64,000 nucleotides of DNA. It comes from an uncultured bacterium. GTDB lineage: Bacteria; Babelota; Babeliae; Babelales; Babelaceae. The notes under the pieces are model-generated. The model searched no databases and had not been told where the DNA came from. It saw nothing but the letters and a program-made list of their open reading frames with translations. Positions 17,545-27,772 of the stretch are shown here, piece by piece. The stretch spans positions 448,001-512,000 of the forward strand of contig CAWFXL010000001.1 in assembly GCA_963819815.1 (NCBI GenBank), written 5' to 3'. The position numbers and the translations under genes were made by a program. The number at the start of each line of letters is the position of its first letter. Position 1 is the stretch's first letter.

Positions 17545-20247
17545 TTATTTTCTATTGAGAAGCAGAGCTAAAAGCAGCCCACCTCCCACTACTAAAGCAG
17601 AGCCTTCTAAAACTTTTATTCTAAGTTCATCTTTTTTTGCCGCCTGAGCCTTTACTTCTTGTTCGTATCTCTCTTTATGATATGCATAACCTAATGCATC
17701 GTATAATAGTTCATAAAAATCGCTATCATAATTTTTCTTCTCAAAGGTGGCTACTCTCGTCTTATGGGAACTATACGTAACAAGATCTTGCTTCATACCG
17801 TAGTATAACAGAACACTGCCTTTTGTTGCTTGCGAAAGTGCAGTTTCTCCGTGCGCATCAGCCAGATCAAAATCAGCACCATACTGTTTAAAAAGGACCA
17901 GAAGTTTCCTAAAATCAGCTAGTCCAAACCCATTATCAAAGTGTTTATCACTAGTATTTCTATGCATATTCGTTAGGGCCAAGATCGCCGGCACTAATGA
18001 GGCCTGGACAGTAGGTTGTCCCGCATGCTGAAAAAGTAATTCGAGCATCCCAGCATCGTAGGGTGTACGCGTAAGTGCCTGTACGAGAACATTATTTCCT
18101 TTTGCATCTTGCATATCAATGCGAGCATTATGCTTTAAAAGTGGTTTAACAGCAACAGGACAACGTCTAAGGACACGCATGAGCGCAGTCTCTTTAGAAT
18201 ACCTACTCTCAGGAGTATTAATATCATCTTCGGTTAAGTGTTCTATGAGTAGTTCAACCATGCCTTCAATCGCTTCTTCATGCTCTTTCTTCACTTCTGT
18301 GAGGTAAAACAACGAGTTTCTTTGGTCAGAATCTCGCGCACTCACAGATACTCCACTGCCAATGAGCCTTTTCACGATTGCAGTAAATTCTGGATTAGCG
18401 CAACTTGCACTCACGGAAAGCCTTAACTCTGCCGGCCCAAAAGAAACTCCATGATCAAGCATGCTCTGCACTACCTTACCATGGCCATTCTGAATAGCAC
18501 AAAAAGGTACATGCGTATTTCGATCTACATAGCTAACAATTGCCGGGTCACGACTAATAATAAGCTCAGCAATCTCATGGGCTCCGACTTTTGCAGCTTG
18601 TTCATATGCCTGCTTTCTATCCTCGCTAGTCGACTTGCCCAAAACGAGCTCGCACTTTTTCTTGAGTTCCTGAATCTCAGTATTATTTGATGCTTTTTGT
18701 GCAGCTAGTTCAAGCCCCACTAACTGAACAAGTACACCCTCTCCCTTTTTATCTTTTCCATAAACACTCGCCCCACACTTTAGAAGAAGCGCTACAACTT
18801 CTGAGGATGCTCGACCTAATGCATGCATGAGCGCAGTCTTATAGTCATTATCGATAGTATGAACATTAGCTCCTTTTTCAAGGAGAACTCCAACAATTTC
18901 GACAAATTCAGGCTTTGTAGAACATACTTGAATAGCATGCATTAAAATGGTCATCCCTGTATCATCTGCATAGTTCAGTAGAGTGCCTATATTGTACGTA
19001 AGCATACAGTGCACCATCTTAACATCTCGACGTTTAATCGCCGAGACCAATGCAACTCCTGAAAGCGCGCTTGAATCATGTTTCATAAGGAGATCTACAA
19101 TTTCGAGATCTTCAAAATTACCTCTTTGAGCCGCTCTCTCAAGAGTCATTCTCCCATTTCCTGCTATATACCTACTTAATAATAGATCTACTTTTTGCTT
19201 GAATCTTTTCTTCTCTTCAGGGTTTTCAACCTCTCTATACATTCTAAATGCACACTCCAGTGCTGTTCTGCCTTCATTATCACGTACAGTAACTAGCGCC
19301 CCCCTACTTAAAAGCAATTGAACCATATTACTACCTCCTTCATACGAAAGCGCAGCTATCATAAGTGGAGTGCGTCCTTTTTCATCTACTAGATTAATAT
19401 AAAAGCCCCGATCTAAAAGAAATTTAACTATTCCTGTACGTCCCAAATCTACAACTTTATGAAAAATCGCTGTTAACTCTTGCAATCTTCTTTCTTGTAC
19501 CTCTTTATAAAAAGGAGCCTTCAGTTCTGAAAAGCTATTCGTAGCTCTCTCAATGTTCCCTAAAAGCAAGCAAATAGTTGCGTCGGCATTCTCATTACTA
19601 GTAATTGCATGATCCAATGCCCTTTTTCCTTCATTGTCTCGAATATCTACCCGAGCACCTGCTTTCAGCAGTGCTGGCACAACGTCTTCAGCATGACAAG
19701 AACGGCTAGCAATCATGAGGGCCGTCATACCGCTAGCATTCTGCAGATTAATATCATCATGCACGGCCCTGGGAAGACATTTCTGAATAACACGTCCATC
19801 ATTTCCACTGAGGGCTACCATAAGGGGAGTCTCACCAGCCTTATTAGGTATACCAACCGAAGCCCCATTCACAAGCAAAAAATCTATATCATCTAAGGAA
19901 TCAGACGAACTTCTTTTGATTCTGATCGCATAATGAAGAGCGGCATTACCTGCTGCATCTGTACCATTTATTTTAGCACCGCGGTCAAGGCACTCTTGAG
20001 CCCAATGTTGGTTTCGCATACATGTAGCTTGGCAAAACGCTCCTTGTACATCAGTATTATCACGAATAACTCCGATGACACCTTCCTGGGGCAATTGGTC
20101 CCCTTTAAAGCCAAGACTTTTAAACCTGGACATTATCACTTCATCAGAAACTGTTTTTTCTCGAACTCTTTCAAGAGAAGAAGAGGCTCCAGAGGTACAC
20201 GGAGTTGCAAATAGGCACAATACAATAAGTATATTAGTAGATTGCAT
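17545..20247 (-). CDS. Secreted ankyrin repeat protein with C-terminal membrane anchor
   Basis: 900 aa; signal peptide; many GxTALMxA ankyrins; ends SALVVGGGLLLALLLNRK. Confidence 0.92.
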   Translation of the reverse strand: MQSTNILIVLCLFATPCTSGASSSLERVREKTVSDEVIMSRFKSLGFKGDQLPQEGVIGVIRDNTDVQGAFCQATCMRNQHWAQECLDRGAKINGTDAAGNAALHYAIRIKRSSSDSLDDIDFLLVNGASVGIPNKAGETPLMVALSGNDGRVIQKCLPRAVHDDINLQNASGMTALMIASRSCHAEDVVPALLKAGARVDIRDNEGKRALDHAITSNENADATICLLLGNIERATNSFSELKAPFYKEVQERRLQELTAIFHKVVDLGRTGIVKFLLDRGFYINLVDEKGRTPLMIAALSYEGGSNMVQLLLSRGALVTVRDNEGRTALECAFRMYREVENPEEKKRFKQKVDLLLSRYIAGNGRMTLERAAQRGNFEDLEIVDLLMKHDSSALSGVALVSAIKRRDVKMVHCMLTYNIGTLLNYADDTGMTILMHAIQVCSTKPEFVEIVGVLLEKGANVHTIDNDYKTALMHALGRASSEVVALLLKCGASVYGKDKKGEGVLVQLVGLELAAQKASNNTEIQELKKKCELVLGKSTSEDRKQAYEQAAKVGAHEIAELIISRDPAIVSYVDRNTHVPFCAIQNGHGKVVQSMLDHGVSFGPAELRLSVSASCANPEFTAIVKRLIGSGVSVSARDSDQRNSLFYLTEVKKEHEEAIEGMVELLIEHLTEDDINTPESRYSKETALMRVLRRCPVAVKPLLKHNARIDMQDAKGNNVLVQALTRTPYDAGMLELLFQHAGQPTVQASLVPAILALTNMHRNTSDKHFDNGFGLADFRKLLVLFKQYGADFDLADAHGETALSQATKGSVLLYYGMKQDLVTYSSHKTRVATFEKKNYDSDFYELLYDALGYAYHKERYEQEVKAQAAKKDELRIKVLEGSALVVGGGLLLALLLNRK

Positions 20248-20573
20248 ACGATCTCCAGATAGGGTTGGCTCAAATGTCTTACCAACTGATGTCTCTCATG
20301 AGATCATCAGACTGCCCCAGCTTATCATGGCAAGACCAATAGGTTTTTCGCGGTAGGTATCTTAAGCAGTAAACACTTCACAAGTCTACTGAGGCTATTT
20401 CTTATCGTCAAATTTTCAGAATAATTTTTAACGCTACAAGAGGCGGTTATTTTTAGTTTGTGCAAGTTAGGAATTAATGAGGACTTTAGGAAGGACTTCG
20501 CTCGCAATGAGAATTACCGGGGTATACACAGCTACCTACCTGACAACAGTATTGCGTAATTTTTTTCCACAAA

Positions 20574-20669
20574 TACTATTGTTTTGCCGGAGAATCGATA
20601 ATACTATTGCTCGCTATAGGTAACAAGAGAAACCAAAAGAACGATGTTAAGATCGCCGGGAGCGCATGA
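20574..20669 (+). pseudogene. C-terminal fragment of a RelE/HigB-type addiction-module toxin
   Basis: Hand translation YYCFAGESIILLLAIGNKRNQKNDVKIAGSA* resembles the RVYF..G..IILLL.GGDK..Q..DI..A pattern; 5' part absent. Confidence 0.65.
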
Positions 20670-20682
20670 TGGGGAGTAATAA

Positions 20683-20913
20683 ATGAAAACTAAGAGCTTT
20701 ACAGCATATCTTGAGAAGCGTTTTAATAAAAATGAGATCACTCAGATTAAAGAACAAGCACAACTTGAGATCAGAATACTCAGGTGGATTCAGAAGTTTC
20801 TTGCCGATACTTCGGCAGTAGAACCAATAAGGGCTTTTCTCCTGCGAGCAATCTTCAGACGCATATCTTCTATAAACTATCCCATTCGGGACGCTCTCGC
20901 AACTCCGGGCTAG
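20683..20913 (+). pseudogene. Truncated putative antitoxin (N-terminal part; no HTH evident)
   Basis: GGGGAG RBS, 13 bp after the toxin fragment; MKTKSFTAYLEKRFNKNEITQIKEQAQLE resembles N-termini of HigA/XRE-type antitoxins, then degenerates. Confidence 0.5.
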
Positions 20914-21075
20914 GGGACAAAGCCCAATTACCTTTTGCCAAGTAGGCCGCGGTGAGCGCGAAAGGCCTCTGTTTATAAGCTTATTCAGTAAGAAGTTGCG
21001 CCTTTCTTCTATTGGGAGACAAGCCTCATCCTTAGTCGGCGCTTTATGGCCTTTAGGCTGTCAATTTCTTATTTC

Positions 21076-21849
21076 TTAAATGAGCGCTTTAAGAAGCTTA
21101 ACAAAATCACTAACATTTTTTTGCGGCTTGCCTATATATTCTATGAGATCCTTTATAGAACGTTTCAGCCCTTCACTCAGCTGCCTACTATTTGGCTTAT
21201 CTCTAAAAAGCGGTTCAAAGCTTGTGTAGTTAAATATAGTATCTACCGAAATTTGGCTTGGGTTGTCAAAAAGTGGGCGTGCACCTTTTAGATCGAAATA
21301 TCCCTGAATCAGGGTATCAAGAAACTTAGGCATCCCCTTATTTGCATCTATAAACTCAAAAAAGCCCAACTGCTTATAATGACCAGAACCAAGATACTCC
21401 TTAAGATTATCAAGAAAGAGGACAGTATGCTGGGCCTCATCTTGACCAACATTGTTCGGCACCCCTTTTTTACCTTTGAAAATCCCTTCTCGTAAAATAC
21501 CAAGATATCCACCAAACTTCTCCGGACTAAGGTTTCGATTGGCTAAATCAGTAAGAACCTTTTTTATAAATTCTCTTGCTTTTGCAGTATCTGAATAGTC
21601 CTGAATAGTCGCATTTGGATCTCCATCCACAGCTATAGGTAATTCTCCGACTTTGACCGAATCAATTATCATGTCGATGATCGCCTCATTATTAGGCGAC
21701 TTACCCAAAAAGACCGCTTTTCTCAGTAGTTTACTCACCTCGAGATATTTCCCTAAAACACTCAACTTTACTCGTTCAATTTCAGCTTGTAGACTGAAAG
21801 AGCTCGCTAAACTGATACATAACGAGAATCCTAGTGCGGCTTTCTTCAT
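21076..21849 (-). CDS. Secreted hypothetical protein
   Basis: 257 aa; AAGGA RBS; signal peptide ending LQA-E; no recognisable domain. Confidence 0.85.
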   Translation of the reverse strand: MKKAALGFSLCISLASSFSLQAEIERVKLSVLGKYLEVSKLLRKAVFLGKSPNNEAIIDMIIDSVKVGELPIAVDGDPNATIQDYSDTAKAREFIKKVLTDLANRNLSPEKFGGYLGILREGIFKGKKGVPNNVGQDEAQHTVLFLDNLKEYLGSGHYKQLGFFEFIDANKGMPKFLDTLIQGYFDLKGARPLFDNPSQISVDTIFNYTSFEPLFRDKPNSRQLSEGLKRSIKDLIEYIGKPQKNVSDFVKLLKALI

Positions 21850-22329
21850 GAATAATTTCCTTATTTTATATATACATTTCTATTCTATATGAAATTATAG
21901 CGTAAATTTTACCCCTTTTTCAAGAGTTTCTATTAATGGAGCCAATAACCCCTGCGGAGGGATAACCTCATGATAGAGTGCACCAAGAACTAGTGCCTAC
22001 TTCAGCATAATGGCATCAGATTGATTAAAATATTGTTCGATTTCATTTAAAAAATTGCATATCCCAGAGTTTGATACTTTATTATCACGTCCAGTACAAT
22101 CCTTTTTGCAATAGCAGTGGCACATGCTACTATTTAACAAAGTTAGTATTTCTTGAAGATGCTTAAAACCACGTACCCAACCCATATCCCAGAATTTGGT
22201 CGCAGGAAGCACTGGGCTGCAATAGCCCAACATATGAAGTATGTTTGGTAGTGCTAGTTAGACACTAAAGGCAGATTTCTTAACCAATTCATCTTGGTAA
22301 TTCATAATGAACTTATTTGCCATCAGTCC

Positions 22330-22893
22330 TTAGCATTTAGCTGCAAGAGGCTTAAATTGAGCCACAGTAATGTCAGCGGTTTCCCTATTAACAGAAAAAT
22401 CTGACGATGCTTCACACTTTGTAACCAAGTCTATTACTCGTACCGTGTAAAGCCCAGCGGAAACATTTTTAAAAATTGGATTACGATCTTGAACCGTATC
22501 TGTGGTTTGATCTGAAAGGAGATTCACCGTTTTACTGAGAATAAACCTATAATTTCCACTTCCGCCCGACACTTTTACTTTGAGGGTACCTGCAGGCAAA
22601 GAATACCACCGCTCTTCCCTCCTGGTTTTCTTTTTAAGCGCAGACTGGGACTTTCTTCGTTGTTCTGCCTCAACTTCAGCCCGCCATTGCTCAAGATCTT
22701 CTGGCTTTAGGCCAGGAGGAGGTGCTATAGGTTCGGACTCCTGTTGTGGGCTGCCTGAATCAACCATCTGAACATGCCCGCGACCTTCTTTCCAAGCGAC
22801 CTTAAATTGAGGACCTTTTTGTTGAGTACTCATCGCCTGAGCCCCTAAAAAAATCCCTATAACTGATAGAGCTAAAATATAATGATGCTTCAT
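22330..22893 (-). CDS. Secreted protein with one SprB-like/Ig-like beta repeat
   Basis: AAGGAG RBS; signal ending AQA-M; GTLKVKVSGGSGNYRF...PIFKNVSAGLYTVRVIDLVTKC resembles the SprB repeat pattern. Confidence 0.7.
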   Translation of the reverse strand: MKHHYILALSVIGIFLGAQAMSTQQKGPQFKVAWKEGRGHVQMVDSGSPQQESEPIAPPPGLKPEDLEQWRAEVEAEQRRKSQSALKKKTRREERWYSLPAGTLKVKVSGGSGNYRFILSKTVNLLSDQTTDTVQDRNPIFKNVSAGLYTVRVIDLVTKCEASSDFSVNRETADITVAQFKPLAAKC

Positions 22894-23259
22894 AAAATCT
22901 CCTTGAAATCAGAAAAAATCGACTTTTATTTACTATATGAAACAAGTATAGAAAAAATTGTCCCAATTCGTCAATAATTATTAAGTTTAGTAAGAGAACA
23001 CCCACTAGCCAACCTTTGATGCGCTTGCTTGACGTTCTTGTGGTTTCCTGTGTCCTACACCTATCTGAAATAGCTGAGGGAAATTATTTGCACGTAGGAG
23101 CGTTAATAGTGTAATAATACGGCTATGAGCAACTCGAGTCTGAACGGCTGTAGGTTTACTAAACTGAAACCATTTATCATGATATACTTGGTTATCTCCA
23201 TATTCTCTTCGTCGCCGTGTGCCAAATCCTCAAAACGAATATCATTTACAAGTGTTTTA

Positions 23260-23325
23260 TCTGTTCCTCTAAGTTCTGTCTTTTTTCTTCTGTTGCGTGA
23301 TTACGAATTTTCAGATATCAGTTTC
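23260..23325. repeat. About 65 bp direct repeat of 25551..25615 (3' end of the 25528 ankyrin gene)
   Basis: TCTGTTxCTCTAAGTTCTGTCTTTTTTCTTCTGTxGxGTGATTACGA...GTTTC; 6 mismatches and 1 indel by hand count. Confidence 0.85.
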
Positions 23326-25321
23326 CTTTATAGAGTGCAAGCTCCTGATGTTCTTTGCTGCGTTTCTGCCTAATACGGCACTCGGTCTTGTGGTTCGGCC
23401 AATCTTCTTTTTGACAGTCACTACTACAATAATATGTTTCCATGCATCCTGAACAAGTCATAGTCTTTGAAAGACTACAGAGGGAACACCTTTTTTCCAG
23501 TGCTTTTTCCAACATATCTTCTATTTCTGGATCACGGACGATGGCAAATGCAAGACACTCTTCTTCATCAGAGTTGAACAGTTTTATACCATGTTCAAGT
23601 AACAATTTAACAGTGGACTTATGCCCTCCCTGGACGGCTACATCTAATGCTGAAGCTTCACCAGGACTCTCGGTTGAATTTTTTTTGAGCTTGGTTATTT
23701 CTTGCTTCGCCTCAATATTTGCATGATGGTCTAATAATAATCTTACTATTGAATCATGTCCATTTTGGGCTGCAGCTAATAGTGCTGTACGTTGCGAAAA
23801 TCCCCTAAAATCAATCTGAGCGCCTGCATTGAGCAAAAGTTTAACAATAGATTCGTGTCCCTCGAGCGAAGCTACTATTAATGCTGTATCTCCGTTTTTA
23901 TTTGTTGCATCAACGGCAGCATATGCCTCCAATAAAAGTTCCATAATCTGCATTCGGCCAAAATTCGATGCCATAAGTAACGCCGTACAACCGTGATGAT
24001 CTGGAAGATCAACACTCGCATGCTTTGCCAGTAAAAGCTTAACGACTTCAGCATTATCATAACAAGTTGCAACAATTAAAGCAGTAGCACGTTGCTCATT
24101 TGCTGCGTTAATGTCTGCACCCGCGTCAAGTAATAGTTCAACAATTGAATCATCCCCAGATTGCGCGGCGAGTTGTAAAGCGGTAGCTCCCGTTGCATCT
24201 CTCATACTCACCTTAGCTCCGGCACTCAACAATTCTCTGACAACTTCAGCATGCCTATTTTGACTTGCAATCATTAATGCTGTAAATCCAGAACTTACTT
24301 CGTCTTTATTAAAACCCTGCTGTAATAAAAGCCGCACCTTTGTAAGATCACCTATCGCCGCCGCTGAAACCAAGGAGTTTGGTACGTTCACGATTACATA
24401 TTTGTTGTTTTGTATCGATAAACACGTATTTTTGTGGTTTTTCCAGTCTGCCTTTTGGCACGTTTGACCACAGTAGAAAGTTTTTTTACATCCTCCACAG
24501 GGCTTCGTTTTTGATGAGCTACATACCGAGCACCTAGTTTCTAAAGCTTTTTCTAGCATATCTCTTATTGCTGCAGAAGAATCATTACTTTGGCTAAAAG
24601 CGTTACACAGTTTGCCATCTTGTTTGAGTAGTTTTACGCCATGCTCAAGAAGTACTTTAACGGTTGCTTCATATCCTCTTGCAGCAGCTATATCTAATGC
24701 AGTTACGTCGATGCTTTTGGGTCCATCTTTTGTTTGAACGGTAGTTTTCATGGTACTCTCAACATTCGCACCATATTTTAATAATAGCTGTACTACAATA
24801 TCATGTCCTTTATCAGCAGCCGCTAGTAAAGCAGTGCATCCATCGTGACATACAGCATTCACCTGAGGCGCAGCTTTGAGCAATTTTTCTACAGTTGGAG
24901 CATGTCCATTTTGCGCAGCCATTATTAATGCTGTTACTCCATCTTCCACCGATGCTATGGTGCAATCAGCATTAACGCTAAGCAATTTTGTTACGATATC
25001 TTCATGTCCATTTTGTGCAGCGAAAATTAATGCCGTTTCACCTTTGGAATTTACATCATTAATATGTGCGCCTGAATCAATTAGGTAGGTAACAATTTCA
25101 GGATACCCCTGAAAAGAAGCGACCATTAAAGGAGTAAATCCCAAGCTATCTTTCTGATTGGCACCACCCTTTTTTACAAATTGTTTGACTGCTTGAAGAT
25201 CGCCCTCCTCCGTAGCTTTAAATAAGCGGGCGGCTCCTTGAAGCTTGACATTCATGGGAACTGTTTGCTGTAACGTACTAGTGCACAGGATTAAAATCGA
25301 AATGATTACATATTTTTTCAT
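23318..25321 (-). CDS. Secreted protein with two (ankyrin repeats + MYND zinc finger) modules
   Basis: CSVC..PCGGCKKTFYCGQTCQKADWKNHKNTC and CSLC..TCSGCMETYYCSSDCQKEDWPNHKTEC are MYND consensus; each follows ankyrins (GxTALxxAAxxGH). Confidence 0.93.
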   Translation of the reverse strand: MKKYVIISILILCTSTLQQTVPMNVKLQGAARLFKATEEGDLQAVKQFVKKGGANQKDSLGFTPLMVASFQGYPEIVTYLIDSGAHINDVNSKGETALIFAAQNGHEDIVTKLLSVNADCTIASVEDGVTALIMAAQNGHAPTVEKLLKAAPQVNAVCHDGCTALLAAADKGHDIVVQLLLKYGANVESTMKTTVQTKDGPKSIDVTALDIAAARGYEATVKVLLEHGVKLLKQDGKLCNAFSQSNDSSAAIRDMLEKALETRCSVCSSSKTKPCGGCKKTFYCGQTCQKADWKNHKNTCLSIQNNKYVIVNVPNSLVSAAAIGDLTKVRLLLQQGFNKDEVSSGFTALMIASQNRHAEVVRELLSAGAKVSMRDATGATALQLAAQSGDDSIVELLLDAGADINAANEQRATALIVATCYDNAEVVKLLLAKHASVDLPDHHGCTALLMASNFGRMQIMELLLEAYAAVDATNKNGDTALIVASLEGHESIVKLLLNAGAQIDFRGFSQRTALLAAAQNGHDSIVRLLLDHHANIEAKQEITKLKKNSTESPGEASALDVAVQGGHKSTVKLLLEHGIKLFNSDEEECLAFAIVRDPEIEDMLEKALEKRCSLCSLSKTMTCSGCMETYYCSSDCQKEDWPNHKTECRIRQKRSKEHQELALYKGN

Positions 25322-25491
25322 AGATCCCTCTGATAGTTAAATTTTATGAGTTCGAAATTAATTTTGGTAGGTTTCATATAGTGCTCTTCGGCAGCGCTTA
25401 GATTCGTTACAAGATTCTTTGTGCTCGCTGAGGCATGAACACCGAGAGCAGTTGTGCCGAGTAACGCCATTACCATAATTATTTTTTTCAT
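25318..25491 (-). CDS. Short secreted peptide, probably a truncated gene
   Basis: GGAG RBS; MKKIIMVMALLGTTALGVHA-S signal; 57 aa; stop overlaps the next ATG (ATGA). Confidence 0.6.
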   Translation of the reverse strand: MKKIIMVMALLGTTALGVHASASTKNLVTNLSAAEEHYMKPTKINFELIKFNYQRDL

Positions 25492-25527
25492 GCTGGTCTC
25501 CAAAGTTTGAACCTGGTCTTACGATCA

Positions 25528-27744
25528 TTACTCAATTCTAGCTTTTTTTGTCTGTTGCTCTAAGTTCTGTCTTTTTTCTTCTGTCGTGTGATTACGATTT
25601 TCAAAAATAAGTTTCTCAAAGATATCCGTAACACCTTCAGCTATGAGCGACCGAATCTCTTGTTGTCCTTCTTCTGTAGTAAACAATGCTTGCACATCTT
25701 CAAAGGCTTGAGGTAACAAGGGCTGTACACAGGTAAGTACTTTTTCAAACAAATGTTCCACTACGAATGGTTTCGACGCTGTCAGGAGCGTAAACTGTTC
25801 GTGATCATACTGTACTAATTTTGTGGAGGCAACATAATGCCCATACAGCTGGTTGAAGGGCATGCCCTTGCCATGCGCACGCAAAGCAAAGCGTAAACGA
25901 TTGTCTGCGGTACTTTGCTCATTATTTAAATCACTTAAGAATATATCGATAAGCAGGTCTTGTTTCGTTTCATCTTTCAACAGTATTTCAAGAACGACAA
26001 GCAGAGGTATATCATTTTGTCTGAGAAGTCGCATGATAGGCCATATTGTTTTGCGTGCAGTGAGGGCCTTATCAAGACATGGCCTAAAGAGACGGTAACT
26101 TTGCTTTATAAGCTCCTTCAGGTTAACAAGAGATGTTCGTTGTGGTACAGATGCCTCTAGGGGATTTCTTTGAAGAGCAAACGTAAGCGCATCTACTACT
26201 TTTTTTTCACTTACACGCATAACTGAGCGTGGATCTGAACCAGCATCAAGAAGGAGCCGAACACATTCAGAGGATGATGACTGCAGTGCATAGCCTAATT
26301 CAGTAGTTGTAGAGTTACGACCAGTTGTTGGCGGCATTGGATGGTTATTTTGATCTATGAGAGCTTGCCGGTTGAGGGAAGCGCCATGAGCAAGGAATGA
26401 GGTGAGTAAAGGTACGGAGCCTCGAGCTGCTGCCAGATGCAGAACATAATCTCTGCTGTGAACAAGAGCACCCTGTTTAAGCATTGCTTGTACAATATCG
26501 TCTAACTGGCTTTCAAGAGCATATGCAAGCGAATGACTATCTAGTAGAGCGCCATGGGTTCTTAGGAGAGCGAAAGATTCTGGGTCTTGGTTTAGGAGTG
26601 TAAAATTGGCAAGGCTTACTACTCCCCCACGAGCCACTATTGAGGTATGAGGATCACCTTTATGCTTCTCGAGTAAGATTTTAAGAACTTTATGCTTCTT
26701 ATAATAGACGGCTAACCTCATAGCTGTATCAATATGTGCGCTAGTTTTTAAAAGATGATTCACGCAGAGACGCGCTTCTTGAGTAGCAGTACCAATAAAA
26801 GATTTTTCCCAGGCTACCATAAAGGCCGTTTCATCAAGATCTGCACCAGAATTAATAAGAAGAGAGACAACTTCTGGGTGCTCTTCTAGGCAGGCTGCCC
26901 AGAGGGGACTACGCGGATCATCAGGATTAACATAAGCACCTGCTTTAATGAGCGCATCGACACATTCAACATTTCCTTTATAACTTGCAAGAAGGAGAGG
27001 AGAATATAGTGTGGTAGATAATGGGCCCGTAAAGGCATATGAATGAGGAAGTTCCTGTCCAGCACTTGGTAGTTTTACTCCACCTGATTTTTCATTAGGG
27101 TCAGCTCCTGCTGCAAGCAACATAGTGAGTATTCTACTGTTGCCCCGAACTGCTGCAAAGGCAAGTGGAGTAACGCTAGGTATATGCTGATGATTCATTT
27201 TAATGCCAAGGTTGAGTAGAGATGCAATAATAGCATAGTGTTCTTGAAAGATTGCTTGAGTTAAAATGCAATGAGCTGGTACATCTGTATTGATCCACTG
27301 TTTCATAAGATCACTATCTGAATTCTGCCAAGCTTCTGTAAATCGTTTAAATATTATGATATCAATAACGCCTTGAGGTCCGGGGATTACAGCCTTCTGG
27401 TCAAGAAAGAGCATTATACTTTCAGGAGTACCCTCTTCCACAGCATACTGCAATGGTGTTTTGCCAGCTCGAGAATTTGCATTGAGCTGCGCCCCATGCT
27501 CTAAAAGTAAGCGTATGCATGGGCAATGTCCATGCTTTGCAGCAACATGAAGCGGCGCTAATCCATCGGGACCAGGAGCGTTTATATTCATGCCGGCTTG
27601 AATAAGCACCCTAAGCTGCTCAACGTCATTTGCAGCAACTATGCTCATAGCGACCGCGTCATTCTGGGTTCCTTGCATTGCTTGGGCACCATACGAAAGT
27701 CCGCAGGTTCCCCATGCAAGCACGGTCAATAGGTTCAATTTCAT
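25528..27744 (-). CDS. Secreted ankyrin repeat protein with shared family C-terminal domain
   Basis: Ankyrins (GLAPLHVAA, RSPLWAAC); colinear paralog of 38356..40548; ends TKKARIE. Confidence 0.92.
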   Translation of the reverse strand: MKLNLLTVLAWGTCGLSYGAQAMQGTQNDAVAMSIVAANDVEQLRVLIQAGMNINAPGPDGLAPLHVAAKHGHCPCIRLLLEHGAQLNANSRAGKTPLQYAVEEGTPESIMLFLDQKAVIPGPQGVIDIIIFKRFTEAWQNSDSDLMKQWINTDVPAHCILTQAIFQEHYAIIASLLNLGIKMNHQHIPSVTPLAFAAVRGNSRILTMLLAAGADPNEKSGGVKLPSAGQELPHSYAFTGPLSTTLYSPLLLASYKGNVECVDALIKAGAYVNPDDPRSPLWAACLEEHPEVVSLLINSGADLDETAFMVAWEKSFIGTATQEARLCVNHLLKTSAHIDTAMRLAVYYKKHKVLKILLEKHKGDPHTSIVARGGVVSLANFTLLNQDPESFALLRTHGALLDSHSLAYALESQLDDIVQAMLKQGALVHSRDYVLHLAAARGSVPLLTSFLAHGASLNRQALIDQNNHPMPPTTGRNSTTTELGYALQSSSSECVRLLLDAGSDPRSVMRVSEKKVVDALTFALQRNPLEASVPQRTSLVNLKELIKQSYRLFRPCLDKALTARKTIWPIMRLLRQNDIPLLVVLEILLKDETKQDLLIDIFLSDLNNEQSTADNRLRFALRAHGKGMPFNQLYGHYVASTKLVQYDHEQFTLLTASKPFVVEHLFEKVLTCVQPLLPQAFEDVQALFTTEEGQQEIRSLIAEGVTDIFEKLIFENRNHTTEEKRQNLEQQTKKARIE

Positions 27745-27772
27745 GGTCGTTTTCCTTCTTTATTTTTTTAGT

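Noticed and set aside
21997..22233. 78-aa ORF between two secreted-protein genes
   Set aside because: No recognisable features; likely spurious or a decayed fragment.
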